Positions 53,761 to 63,415 of a stretch of 64,000 nucleotides of DNA are shown piece after piece. The stretch is from Dehalococcoidia bacterium. GTDB lineage: Bacteria; Chloroflexota; Dehalococcoidia; Lucifugimonadales; Australimonadaceae. The translations under genes and the position numbers were made by a program. Numbering within the stretch: position 1 is the first letter of the stretch; every line of letters starts with the position of its first letter. The stretch lies in NCBI GenBank assembly GCA_965206315.1, contig OZ242210.1:1730822-1794821 (forward strand), given 5' to 3'. The notes below the pieces were generated by a model that did not search any database, was not told the DNA's origin, and saw only the letters and a program-made list of their open reading frames with translations.

Positions 53761-54927
53761 TTATGCCCGGACGGCACCCCAGCGGTGGGTGGGCTGCTTC
53801 TGCCAGACGTCCTCGTCGATGTTCGTGTCGACGATGGGGTGGTCCGGGTCGCGGATGACGCCCATCGGGTCCTCGCCGCGTGCGACGCGCTCCATCTGCT
53901 CGAACATCGTGCGTCGCAGCAGGACGACACCCCGGTCCGAGTACGAGAGGTGCTCGACCGAGCGGTCGGTGACAGGGCCCTGCGTCTCCCAGGCCATGTG
54001 GTCCTGGGAGAGCACGGAGCGGCGGTCGTACCACGCGTGCGGGTGGCTCTTGTCCGCGGGCTCCTTGTACGGCTCGATGTACTCGACGGGCGGGTCCCAC
54101 GTCGTCTCGTCGGGCTGGCCGTCCTCGTTGAGCCAGAAGTTGATGTGGACGTGCCATGTGTGGGTGTCGTCTATCGGCGTGCGGAACTGCGTGCTCGGCC
54201 CCTGCCGGAGGATGGACGGGAAGAGGACGGGGTGCTCGTCGACGACGCCGTTCACGTAGGTGCGCTTCTTCATCATGCCGTAGCTGGTGGTGTAGAATTC
54301 GAACGAGTCGACGTCGTCGGTGAAGCCGCGCGTCGTGTTGACCGGCTCGCGCTGGCCGCGTGCGTAGTACTCCTGGTGGAGGATCTGCAGGTGGGCCGGG
54401 TCCATGGAGTTCTCCATGGCCTGGAACCAGTTGCAGTCCAGCACGGGGTGGAGGTTGATCTTGCGACGTCCGTCCTCCCGGACGAGCGTGTCGAACGGGG
54501 TGAAGACGGGCGCGGGTTTCGGCCCCATGTACGCCCAGACGACGCCGAGGTAGACCTTGCAGTCGTAGGCGGGCTGCTTCACGGAGCGCATGATCGCCTC
54601 GTTCTTCTCAGGCGGGGTCTCGAGGATGTTGCCCTCCGTGTCGTACAGCCAGCCGTGGTAGGCGCAAGAGATGCCGCGCTCCTCGACGCGGCCGTAGACG
54701 AGCGACGCGCTGCGGTGCGCGCAATGGTCGGCGAGCAGCCCCCACCGCCCGGACTTGTCGCGGAAGATGACGAGGTCTTCGCCCAGGATGCGGACGGCCT
54801 TGGTGGGCCGCTCCTCGGTGACCTCTGAGGCGATGGCGATGGGGTGCCAGTAGCGGCGCAGCAGTTCGCCTGCAGGCGTGCCGGGGCCGACGCGCGTGAG
54901 TTTCTCGTTGTCCTCTCTCGTCAGCAT
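53761..54927 (-). CDS. Rieske non-heme iron oxygenase (paralogue 2)
   Basis: CAHRSASLVYG...CAYHGW and MDPAHLQILHQE; start at MLTREDNEKLTRVGPGTP. Confidence 0.88.
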   Translation of the reverse strand: MLTREDNEKLTRVGPGTPAGELLRRYWHPIAIASEVTEERPTKAVRILGEDLVIFRDKSGRWGLLADHCAHRSASLVYGRVEERGISCAYHGWLYDTEGNILETPPEKNEAIMRSVKQPAYDCKVYLGVVWAYMGPKPAPVFTPFDTLVREDGRRKINLHPVLDCNWFQAMENSMDPAHLQILHQEYYARGQREPVNTTRGFTDDVDSFEFYTTSYGMMKKRTYVNGVVDEHPVLFPSILRQGPSTQFRTPIDDTHTWHVHINFWLNEDGQPDETTWDPPVEYIEPYKEPADKSHPHAWYDRRSVLSQDHMAWETQGPVTDRSVEHLSYSDRGVVLLRRTMFEQMERVARGEDPMGVIRDPDHPIVDTNIDEDVWQKQPTHRWGAVRA

Positions 54928-54949
54928 GACGCTTCCTCCCTGCGTTCGA

Positions 54950-56317
54950 CTAGACGCTCTGTCCCACCATCTTGCGGCGCTCGATGGAGTCCTCACCGCC
55001 CTCGACGCCGCGCTGGTTCAGGATGGGGCTGTACTTGCTCGCCATGCCCTGGCGCCTGATGCCCTTCTCTCCCTCACCGCGCTCCTGGTACTGCTCGTTC
55101 CGGCGGGACTTGTGCTCCGTGTCCATGCCGAGGTAGACGTTGGACGCCGGGTCGCGGAACGTGTTGATGGGGTCGCCGCCGTCCTCGACGATGCGGATGT
55201 TCTCCTCCAGCATGCGGCGGAACATGATGATGCCCTTGTCCGAGCGTCCGAGCGACTCCTTGGTGCGGTCGGCTATCGCGCCCTGCGTGATCCACGCGGC
55301 AACGTCCTGCGCCGAGTTGGAGTCGAGGATCTCGAATCGGACGCGGCCGTCCTCGGCGAGTTGAATGAGCGGCGGGAAGAAGAGGGGCACGTCCTCGTCC
55401 CGCTGTTCGGGGTCGTCCGGCGACAGCTTCGGGTGGCACATCACCCACCAGTGTCCCGTGTGGGTGTCGTCCAGCGGGACGCGTATCTGGAACGACGGGC
55501 CGACGCCGGCGTTGCCGCCGCCGCGCCTGCCGTCCCACGTGTCTATGGCGGTGCCGCTGCCGCCCTGGCGGAGGAAGTAGGGGAAGACGATGGGGTGGCC
55601 CTGCGCCCACTCGCCGTCGTCGTAGCTTCCGCCCTTGACGAGCCTGCGCTTGTAGATGCCGTACTGGAACTTGTCGAAGCCGATGCGCTCGTTCTCGTAG
55701 CGCTTGCGCACCTTGTCGCCCTCGCCGCGCATCTCCAGTATGTAGTTCGCCCACTCGCCGTGCAGCCACTCGGAGTGTACCGGGTCGAGCGAGTTCTCCT
55801 GGCACTGCAGCCAGTTGCTCGGGAGCTCGGTGTAGCCGATGTCCCGCACGACGTTGTCGAGCGCGAAGACGTCCCAGCTGGGGAGGAGCGGCACGGGGGC
55901 CGGGCCGAGGTAGGCGAAGATGAGGCCCGCCTTCACCTGCAGGGGGTACGCCTTGATGCGCACCTTGTCCTTGAAGCGGTTGTCCGGCGCCTCGGTCTCC
56001 TCGTAGGGCTGTTCGAGGCAGCGGCCCGTCTCGTCGAACATCCAGCCGTGGTACGGGCAGCGGATGCCGTCGTCGGTCGGGATGCCGTAGACCATGCCCA
56101 TGCGACGGTGCGGGCAGTAGTTGTCCACGAGGCCGAAGACGCCCTGCTTGCTCTTGTAGAGGATGAGGTCCTCGCCAAGGAGCCTGATGGGCTTGGTGGA
56201 GCGGTCGTTCATCATGGCGACGGCGGCGATGGGGTGCCAGTAGCGGCGCATCAGTTCGCCGGTGGGGGTACCGGGGCCTACTCGGGTCAGGCGGTCGTTC
56301 TGCTCAGCAGTCAGCAT
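54950..56317 (-). CDS. Rieske non-heme iron oxygenase (paralogue 3)
   Basis: CPHRRMGMVYG...CPYHGW and LDPVHSEWLHGE; start at MLTAEQNDRLTRVGPGTP. Confidence 0.88.
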   Translation of the reverse strand: MLTAEQNDRLTRVGPGTPTGELMRRYWHPIAAVAMMNDRSTKPIRLLGEDLILYKSKQGVFGLVDNYCPHRRMGMVYGIPTDDGIRCPYHGWMFDETGRCLEQPYEETEAPDNRFKDKVRIKAYPLQVKAGLIFAYLGPAPVPLLPSWDVFALDNVVRDIGYTELPSNWLQCQENSLDPVHSEWLHGEWANYILEMRGEGDKVRKRYENERIGFDKFQYGIYKRRLVKGGSYDDGEWAQGHPIVFPYFLRQGGSGTAIDTWDGRRGGGNAGVGPSFQIRVPLDDTHTGHWWVMCHPKLSPDDPEQRDEDVPLFFPPLIQLAEDGRVRFEILDSNSAQDVAAWITQGAIADRTKESLGRSDKGIIMFRRMLEENIRIVEDGGDPINTFRDPASNVYLGMDTEHKSRRNEQYQERGEGEKGIRRQGMASKYSPILNQRGVEGGEDSIERRKMVGQSV

Positions 56318-56346
56318 CAGCTTTCCTCCCAGACTGTGTTTCTTGC

Positions 56347-57441
56347 TTATCCGGCGGCCCCGGCGAGCACCGGGGAATCGACGGTGATGCCGTAGAAGTC
56401 GAGGGCGTTCTGCCCCATGATGTCGTCGACGACACCCGGCGCGAGGCCGCCTTCCTCCTTGATGATGCGCATCGCCTCGATCTCGCTCGACTGGTCCTGG
56501 TGGCCGTAGTCGGTGCCGATGAGGATGTGGCGGTGGTTCACGTACTTCAGCACGTCGACGAGGTTGTCGTCGGTCTGGGCGGTGACCCAGATGTGGTACG
56601 CGCCCAGCACGTCCTCCTCCAGCTCGCGGCCCCGCGTCTCCAACCTGCGGCGCAGGTCGTGGATGGCGTAGGGGAGCCACTGGCTGCTCGCCTCGATGTA
56701 GCCCCAGCGCAGGTCCGGGAACTTCTTCGGGGTGCCCGTGGTGATGAGCTGGTGGAAGCTGGCGACGGACATGAGGCGCAGGCCGCCGAACGTGCCGCCG
56801 ATGCCGTCCTTGGCCATGAGGTTGCGGATGTAGGCGTTGGAGTTGCCGATGTGGATGGCGATGGGCTGGTTCAGCCGTGCGGCCTCTTCATACAGCGGGT
56901 AGAAGTACTCGTCTATGAGCAGCCGCTCGTCCTCGATAGTGCGCATCGTGACGCCGCATGCGCCGTGCTCGGCCGACCACCGCAACTGGTCCAGCGCCTC
57001 GTCCATCGTGGCGAGCGGGAGGATGGACGTCCAGCGGAGGCGTCCCTTGCTCTGCTCCCAGATGTCGGCGAGCCAGCGGTTGTAGCTCTTGGAGAGCGCG
57101 ACCTCGGTGTCGGGGTTCTCGCACATGCGCCCGATGTACATGGTGGGGTAGAGCACCTGCACGTCTATGCCGAGCTCGTCCATGTGGGCGACGCGTCCGG
57201 GGATGTCCTCCATGTAGCGCTTGGCGTCGTCCGTCACCATGTTGCGCTTCACCTTGTCGGAGAGCCCGAACGCGGCGACAGGGCCACGCGCGCGACCGCG
57301 TATCTCGCCGTCTATCTTCCAGAACTTCCCGCCGCTGCCGTCGTCCACCACCTGCGGACGGTACTTCTCGTCCCCGGGGTCCATGTAGTCCCAGGTCTGC
57401 TCCGTCTCAACGACATGCGCGTCAGAGTCGATAACCGGCAT
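56347..57441 (-). CDS. amidohydrolase-2 (ACMSD-like) family metal-dependent hydrolase/decarboxylase
   Basis: MPVIDSDAHVVE (HxH-type start), ...IAIHIG..., ILIGTDYGH. Confidence 0.8.
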   Translation of the reverse strand: MPVIDSDAHVVETEQTWDYMDPGDEKYRPQVVDDGSGGKFWKIDGEIRGRARGPVAAFGLSDKVKRNMVTDDAKRYMEDIPGRVAHMDELGIDVQVLYPTMYIGRMCENPDTEVALSKSYNRWLADIWEQSKGRLRWTSILPLATMDEALDQLRWSAEHGACGVTMRTIEDERLLIDEYFYPLYEEAARLNQPIAIHIGNSNAYIRNLMAKDGIGGTFGGLRLMSVASFHQLITTGTPKKFPDLRWGYIEASSQWLPYAIHDLRRRLETRGRELEEDVLGAYHIWVTAQTDDNLVDVLKYVNHRHILIGTDYGHQDQSSEIEAMRIIKEEGGLAPGVVDDIMGQNALDFYGITVDSPVLAGAAG

Positions 57442-57607
57442 GGCAGTCCTCCTTGCCGTTCCTGTTCCGGCACCCGCTCTGGAGCGGATATGCATACTTC
57501 GACAAGTGGGAAAGTAGCACCGCAGGGACTGAGTGTCAAAGGCAATGACCGGATTCCGGCGGAGCCTGCGGCTACAATGCGCGCATCAGTGGTCCAGGAG
57601 GCTGACC

Positions 57608-58195
57608 ATGCTCGAACTGCCCGCACGGGAGACGCTTGCGTACGTCTGCCACGACATGCAGAACGACTACCTGAAGCAGGGAGGACGGACGCCCGAGGCG
57701 GGGCGCAACCCCCGCACACCGCAGCTCATCGAGAACCACGTCCGCCTGCTGTCGGCGGCGCGGGCCGCCGGACTGCCGGTCTTCTTCACCGGCCACTTCC
57801 TGCGCGAGGACTACCTGGACGCGGCTCGGCACGGGCGCGCCCGCTCGCTCGGCTCGCTGCGCGACGGCACGTGGGGCGCGGAGGTCATCGACGAGCTCGC
57901 GCCGCTGCCGGGCGAGTTCCTCATCCGCAAGGGCGGCGGGATGAGCGCGTTCACGGGCACGGCGCTGGAGAAGTGGCTGCGACGCCTCGGCGTCTCGACG
58001 CTCATCGTGGCGGGCATCGCCACGCAGGCGGGAGTGGAGAGCACGGTGCGGGACGCCCGTGAGCGGGACTTCGACAGCATCGTCGTCGGCGACGCGTGCG
58101 ACGGGCGCACCGAGAACCACGAGGCGTCGCTGCTGAACATGGGCACGTTCGCGCAGGTCGTATCGACGGAGGAGGTCGTCGCGGCGCTCGGTTGA
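57608..58195 (+). CDS. isochorismatase-family hydrolase (nucleophile Cys position is Ala)
   Basis: YVCHDMQNDY (Asp), FLIRKGGMSAF-type Lys, and TLIVAGIATQAGVEST where cysteine hydrolases have TxxCV. Confidence 0.75.
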   Translation: MLELPARETLAYVCHDMQNDYLKQGGRTPEAGRNPRTPQLIENHVRLLSAARAAGLPVFFTGHFLREDYLDAARHGRARSLGSLRDGTWGAEVIDELAPLPGEFLIRKGGGMSAFTGTALEKWLRRLGVSTLIVAGIATQAGVESTVRDARERDFDSIVVGDACDGRTENHEASLLNMGTFAQVVSTEEVVAALG

Positions 58196-58199
58196 GCGG

Positions 58200-59600
58200 T
58201 CACTCTTCGAGGCGCTGAAACCCGTCGAGCGCCGCCGCCACGTAGGCTTCCGCGAGCGTCGGGAAGCTGGTGACAGACTCCACGAAGTAGTCGAGCCTTC
58301 CGCCGTGGGCGATGACCGCCTGTCCTATCTGGACTAACTCGGCGGCGCCCTCGCCCGCGATATGGACGCCGAGCAGTTCCCGCGTGTCGATGTGGAACAG
58401 CAGCTTCAGGATGCCGGACTCGTCGCCCTCGATGACGCTCTTCGCGATCTCCCGGTACTGGGCCTTGCCCACCTCGTAGGGGATGCCCTCATCCGTCAGC
58501 TGGGACTCCGTCTTGCCGACCATCGCGACCTCCGGGGTCGTCTTGACCGCGTAGGGGAAGAGGCCGGGGACGCTGTTGGTGGGGATGTCGAACGCATGGC
58601 ACGCGGCCAGCCGTCCCTGCATCTGTGAGGTCGACACGAGGTCGGGGAAGCCGATGACGCCCCCTACCGCGTAGATGCCCTCCACGCTCGTCTGGTAGTT
58701 GTCGTCGACGCTGATGCGCCCTCTCTCATCCGTTCCCAGTCCCGCAGCTTCCAGGTTAAGCCCCTCCGTCGCGCCGGTGCGCCCCACGCAGTACATCACC
58801 GCGTCGCTCATGATCTGCTTGCCGCTCCTCAGCAGCACGCGCACGTGGTTGCCTCGTTCGCCGGGGAGGTACTCGATGTCGAAGACGTCCTCGTTCAGTC
58901 GGAACGTCACCCCGTTCTCGCGCAGGTGGTAGACGAGCGCGTCCACGATCTCGTCGTCCGCGAATGGCAGCAGCCGCGGGCTCCTGTCGACGAGCGTCAC
59001 CCGCACGCCAAGGGCCGCGAACGTGCTGGCGTACTCCAACCCGATCGCGCCGCCGCCCACCACGGTCAGGATGCGCGGCAGGTCCGGCAGGTCCATGACG
59101 TCGTCGCTGAGGAAGATGAGCCTCCCGTCCGTGTGGATGGTCGGGGGCTGGGTCGAGTGCGAGCCGACGGCGATGATCACCTTGTCCGTGGTGATGGTGG
59201 TGTTGGGGTCATCCTCGGTGGCCATGTTGATGGTGTGGCGGTCGATGAAGGACGCCTGCGCGTGGAACATGTCCGTCCGGTTCCGGGCGAGCTGGCTGCG
59301 GAGCATCTCCGCCTGCTGGTGCATCACGTGGTTGGTGCTGACCATGAGGTCGCTCATCGTGATGTTCTGCTTGACGGTGTACGACTCGCCGTAGAGGGTG
59401 CGCTCGCGGAAGCCGCTCAGGTGCAGCGCGGCCTCGCGCAGCGCCTTGCTCGCGGTGCCGGTGGTGACGTTGAGGCCGCCGATGTGCGGCAGGCGCTCGA
59501 CGACGGCCACCCGTTTCCCGATCTTCGCGGCCTGGAGCGCGGCTCTGTGGCCGGCCGGGCCTGACCCGATGACCACCATGTCGTAGTCGTAGCCGCTCAT
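58200..59600 (-). CDS. SthA-like soluble pyridine nucleotide transhydrogenase / flavoprotein disulfide reductase family
   Basis: YDMVVIGSGPAGHRAA (FAD). GGLNVTTGTASKALRE lacks the CxxxxC disulfide, as in SthA. Second GGGAIGLEYA NAD site. Confidence 0.75.
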   Translation of the reverse strand: MSGYDYDMVVIGSGPAGHRAALQAAKIGKRVAVVERLPHIGGLNVTTGTASKALREAALHLSGFRERTLYGESYTVKQNITMSDLMVSTNHVMHQQAEMLRSQLARNRTDMFHAQASFIDRHTINMATEDDPNTTITTDKVIIAVGSHSTQPPTIHTDGRLIFLSDDVMDLPDLPRILTVVGGGAIGLEYASTFAALGVRVTLVDRSPRLLPFADDEIVDALVYHLRENGVTFRLNEDVFDIEYLPGERGNHVRVLLRSGKQIMSDAVMYCVGRTGATEGLNLEAAGLGTDERGRISVDDNYQTSVEGIYAVGGVIGFPDLVSTSQMQGRLAACHAFDIPTNSVPGLFPYAVKTTPEVAMVGKTESQLTDEGIPYEVGKAQYREIAKSVIEGDESGILKLLFHIDTRELLGVHIAGEGAAELVQIGQAVIAHGGRLDYFVESVTSFPTLAEAYVAAALDGFQRLEE

Positions 59601-59668
59601 AGCGGTGTTCTCCCTCCGGGCGCCAACGGCGGGGACCATAGCAATCCTGTATCAGCGCGGGGGTCGCG

Positions 59669-60895
59669 TCAAGGTCGCTCGCCGAAGGTCCGCTCCGCGC
59701 CGGGGACGAACCAGCGATAGAGCAGCGGGAAGAGTATGCCCGCGGCGACGAACAAGGCTCCGGCGATCAAGAAGCCCGCTTCGAGCCCGAACGCTCCCGC
59801 CAGCGCGCCGAACCCTATCGGCACGAGGACCTGCGCGGTGCCCCAGTAGAGCCCCACGTAGGCCATCGCCATCCCGCGCTGGTCCGGCGAGCTGTGGTCC
59901 GCTGCCGCGATGGGGTAGAGGATGCCGAGGGCGGACCGGAAGAGCCCGTAGAGCAGCATGAGCGGCACGAGCGTCACGTACGTTCCCGCCCCGACCGACA
60001 TCCCGAGCATCGTGAGGCCGACCATGACGAGGGCGATGATGTACGTCCAGCGCCGCCCCAGCCGCTCGAGAACGAGACCGAACACGATGCCGAGCGCAAC
60101 GCTTCCGCCGACGCTGACGGCCTGCATGCCGCCGTTCACCGGCTCGCTGTACCCGAGTTCACGGAGGTACGGGATGAAGAGGACGCTGGACATGATGATG
60201 GACGTGGAGGCGGCGAATGCGGCGAAGCCTCCGAGCCCCATGCCGCGGTGGCTCGCGATGCCCCGCAGCTGTCCGAGCGGAGCACGGAAACCGCGTCTCG
60301 TGGAACGCATCGCGAGCGGCGGCAGCGCGAGGCTGCCGAGGAACCCGGCGAGCGCGACTGCCCCGGTGATGCCGAACGCGGCGCCGTAGCCCAGTGCGGC
60401 GACCAGCACCCCGCTGAGGAACGCGCCGATGAGCCCGCCCGCGTTGCCGGCGCCGTTGACGCGGCCGTAGATCTCGCCGGAGCGCTCCGGGTTGATGCGG
60501 CTCGCGTACGACTGCGTCGCCGTCCAGTACGTCGCCCGCGAGTAGCCGACGAACGACTGCCCGAGGATGAGCATCCAGAAGTAACCGGAGGCGATGAAGA
60601 AGACCATGCCGGAGACCATCGTGACGAAGCTGGCCCAGAGCACCCATCGCTCACCGAACTGGTCGGCTATGGCGCCGGCGAACAGGCGGAGCATGAGGCC
60701 GAACACGGCCTGCGACGCCACGATGACGCCGAGCGTCGTGAGGTCGTAGCCGAGGTGCAGCGCGTAGAGCGGCACGAGCACCTGGATGAGGCCGAGGGTG
60801 ATCTGGTACGAGAACGCCGCCCCGTATATCAGCAGGATGGCGCGGGACTCGGTGCGCTGGTCCAGCTGCGCTTGCCCCGGCGCCTGCGCGCTCAT
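59669..60895 (-). CDS. MFS transporter
   Basis: 12 hydrophobic segments and a GAIADQFGERW motif between TM2 and TM3. ATGA overlap with the upstream gene. Confidence 0.8.
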   Translation of the reverse strand: MSAQAPGQAQLDQRTESRAILLIYGAAFSYQITLGLIQVLVPLYALHLGYDLTTLGVIVASQAVFGLMLRLFAGAIADQFGERWVLWASFVTMVSGMVFFIASGYFWMLILGQSFVGYSRATYWTATQSYASRINPERSGEIYGRVNGAGNAGGLIGAFLSGVLVAALGYGAAFGITGAVALAGFLGSLALPPLAMRSTRRGFRAPLGQLRGIASHRGMGLGGFAAFAASTSIIMSSVLFIPYLRELGYSEPVNGGMQAVSVGGSVALGIVFGLVLERLGRRWTYIIALVMVGLTMLGMSVGAGTYVTLVPLMLLYGLFRSALGILYPIAAADHSSPDQRGMAMAYVGLYWGTAQVLVPIGFGALAGAFGLEAGFLIAGALFVAAGILFPLLYRWFVPGAERTFGERP

Positions 60896-62034
60896 GCGGA
60901 GAAGCGGCCGGGCGCGTAGGGCGCGAGGTCGAGCGCCGCCGCGCCTCCTGCGACGAGGTCCGCCGTCGCCCTGGCCATCCCCGGCCCCAGCATGATGCCC
61001 TGCCGGCCGCCGCCGGTGACGACGTACGCGCCGTCCGTTCCGGGGACCTCGCCGAGCATCACCACGCCGTCCGGGGTGACCGGGCGCAGGCAGGCCGTCT
61101 GCAGCACCAACTCCGCGTCCTCCAGCGACGGCAGCATCCGCAGCGTGGACTCGATGATGGCGTCGCGCGCTTCCGTCGTGCGGGACTCGTCGAAGCCGGC
61201 GTGCTCCTCGGTCGTGCCGCACCAGACGAGACCGTCGGCCGGCTTGGTCATGGCGTAGTTCCCGAGATGGCCGACGCTGATCGCGTACGGAGCGCCCGGC
61301 GCCTGCAACCGGATGATCTGTCCCTTGAGCGGCGCCACGGGCAGCGGCACGCCGAACCAGTCTGACGCCTGCGCCGTCCACGGCCCCATCGCGACGACGA
61401 CCGTGTCGCAGGCGATGCGTTCCACGCTCCCCGCGCCGGTCGCGATGCTGACGCCCTCGACGCGCGCGCCGTTCACGTGGACGGCAGTGACCTCGCCGCT
61501 GCGGAGCGTCACGCCGCGCTGCTCGGCGGCCTGCCCCAGCGCCAGCGTCAGGCGGTACGGCTCGACGTCCGACGAGCCCTCGACGTGGAGCGCGCCGACA
61601 GTCTCCGGCGAGATGCGCGGCTCGAGCGCGCGGGCCTCGTCCGGCGCGAGCCACCGCACCGCGTAGCCCGGCAGCGCCTGCTGCCAGTCGAAGTGCCGCG
61701 TGAGCGCGGCGGCCTCGTCGTCGTTGAGGGCGATCCGCAGCAGGGGGCGCGGCTGGTACTGGATGTCGACGTTCGTCTCGGCGGTGAGTTCACCGGCGAG
61801 CGCGGGGTAGAGCGACATGCTGTACTCGATGAGCGGGGTGTTGACGTGCGGGCCGTTCGTGACGCCGCCGGAGAGTCCGCCGTAGGCGAACCCGGAGGCG
61901 TGGCTCGCGATGCCGTCGCGCTCGATGATCGTGCTGCGGACACCCATCGCCGCGAGGTAGTACGCGGTGCCGATGCCCGCGATGCCCCCGCCGATGATGA
62001 CGACGTCCCGCTCTCCCGAAGTGGTCATGCGCAT
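60892..62034 (-). CDS. FAD-dependent oxidoreductase (DAO/glycine-sarcosine oxidase beta-like)
   Basis: DVVIIGGGIAGIGTAYYLA dinucleotide fold; 380 aa. Confidence 0.85.
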   Translation of the reverse strand: MRMTTSGERDVVIIGGGIAGIGTAYYLAAMGVRSTIIERDGIASHASGFAYGGLSGGVTNGPHVNTPLIEYSMSLYPALAGELTAETNVDIQYQPRPLLRIALNDDEAAALTRHFDWQQALPGYAVRWLAPDEARALEPRISPETVGALHVEGSSDVEPYRLTLALGQAAEQRGVTLRSGEVTAVHVNGARVEGVSIATGAGSVERIACDTVVVAMGPWTAQASDWFGVPLPVAPLKGQIIRLQAPGAPYAISVGHLGNYAMTKPADGLVWCGTTEEHAGFDESRTTEARDAIIESTLRMLPSLEDAELVLQTACLRPVTPDGVVMLGEVPGTDGAYVVTGGGRQGIMLGPGMARATADLVAGGAAALDLAPYAPGRFSA

Positions 62035-62603
62035 TACGCCGTGCCGAGCCTGCGCACGGCGTCTCCCACCCGTACGATGCCCGACTGCACGACCTTCGCG
62101 TTGATGCCACGGAGGCAGAGCTCCTGTCCCACCGGCGAAACGACGAGCCGCAGCGCGTCCGCGCCGAACCGCCCGCTGAACTTCGCACAGCCGTTGTGGG
62201 GCTTGGCCGAGACCTCCAGCACCGCCGTCCCGATGGCCAGCCGCGTGCCGGGCGGAAGGTTCGTCCTGCCGATGTCCATGTCGACGAAGAGCTGGTCGCC
62301 CGCCAGATGCCAGCGCTCCCTGCTGCCCGCCACGAGGTCGGCGGCGCGGGAATTCATGAGTGTCACCTGCAACTCGGGGTCGGCGGAGCCGTCCGGCGTG
62401 CCGGTGCTGCCGCGGGTGCTCCAGTTGTCGCCCACCAACCCGACGGCCACGTCGAGCGTACCCTCGTCCACCAGCACGCGTTCGCCCCGTTCCGGGCGCT
62501 GTACGACGAGCCGTAAGACGCCTTCGTCCTTCGGCGAGCGACGAACCTCATCGAGTCCCGCTTCCAACTGCGCCGTCGTCCGGTGTTGCGCTGTCGTTGC
62601 CAC
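62034..62603 (-). CDS. MOSC domain-containing protein
   Basis: LAGDQLFVDMDIGRTNLPPGTRLAIGTAVLEVSAKPHNGCAKF (conserved Cys). GTG 62603 chosen just after the upstream stop; the start is uncertain. Confidence 0.75.
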   Translation of the reverse strand: MATTAQHRTTAQLEAGLDEVRRSPKDEGVLRLVVQRPERGERVLVDEGTLDVAVGLVGDNWSTRGSTGTPDGSADPELQVTLMNSRAADLVAGSRERWHLAGDQLFVDMDIGRTNLPPGTRLAIGTAVLEVSAKPHNGCAKFSGRFGADALRLVVSPVGQELCLRGINAKVVQSGIVRVGDAVRRLGTA

Positions 62604-62605
62604 TC

Positions 62606-63361
62606 TTACACCTTGTAGCCGCCCACGAGGGCGAGGGAGAGGTTCTTCCAGAAGCACTCGACGTGGGTGAAACCCGCGGCGCGCAGCCACTCCAGGTGAC
62701 GCGCGAGCGTGGCGTTCCGGTGGTGGTGCATCGCGTCGTGGGCCATCTGCTCCGGGGTGCGGCGCTCCTCGCGGGGAGGCCGGTTCTCGTCGCGGCGCCG
62801 CGCGCCCCGCATCGCGTTACGCAGGAAGTCCGTCTCCGGCGAGGCGGTGTCGAGGTTGAAGAACACGCCGCCCGGGTTGAGCGCGCCGTGGACGCTGGTG
62901 TAGAGGTTCGCCATCAGCTCGGCGGGGAGGTGGTGGATGGCGCGCGCCGAGACGACGAGGTCGTACGGCCCGGCATCGACGACGTCCTGCGGCAGCACGC
63001 CGTCCGCGAAGTCGCCGAACATGTAGGCGAAGCGCTCGCCGAACCGGGCCATGCGCGGTCTGCCCGCCTCCATCATCGCCTCGGACACGTCGAGGCCGAC
63101 CGCCGTGGCGTTCGGGAACGCGTCGAGGCAGGCCGTCGCGACGGGGCCGTAGCCGGTGCCTATGTCGAGGATACGGATCGGCGCGTCGGGTTCGGCCTGC
63201 ACGAGGCGGGTCAGGAGATCGAAGACGGGCTGGCGTTCGTCCTGCTGCTCGTCCATGCGCTCGACGTAGTCGGCGACGCGGTCCTCCTCTTTCCAGGAGT
63301 GGCCCCACCGGAGCCCTTCGTGCTCGCCGTGGCCTCGGTGTTCGTGCTGGTGCGTGGTCAT
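62606..63361 (-). CDS. class I SAM-dependent methyltransferase with His-rich N-terminus
   Basis: ILDIGTGYGPVA (motif I) and YDLVVSARAIHHL; N-terminal MTTHQHEHRGHGEHEG. Confidence 0.8.
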   Translation of the reverse strand: MTTHQHEHRGHGEHEGLRWGHSWKEEDRVADYVERMDEQQDERQPVFDLLTRLVQAEPDAPIRILDIGTGYGPVATACLDAFPNATAVGLDVSEAMMEAGRPRMARFGERFAYMFGDFADGVLPQDVVDAGPYDLVVSARAIHHLPAELMANLYTSVHGALNPGGVFFNLDTASPETDFLRNAMRGARRRDENRPPREERRTPEQMAHDAMHHHRNATLARHLEWLRAAGFTHVECFWKNLSLALVGGYKV

Positions 63362-63368
63362 ATGTTTC

Positions 63369-63410
63369 TCACCCCCATCCTGACCTTCCCCCATCCAGGG
63401 GGAAGGGATA
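63369..63410. repeat. REP-like type 2 hairpin
   Basis: TCACCCCCATCCTGACCTTCCCCCATCCAGGGGGAAGGGATA. Confidence 0.85.
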
Positions 63411-63415
63411 AGGCG

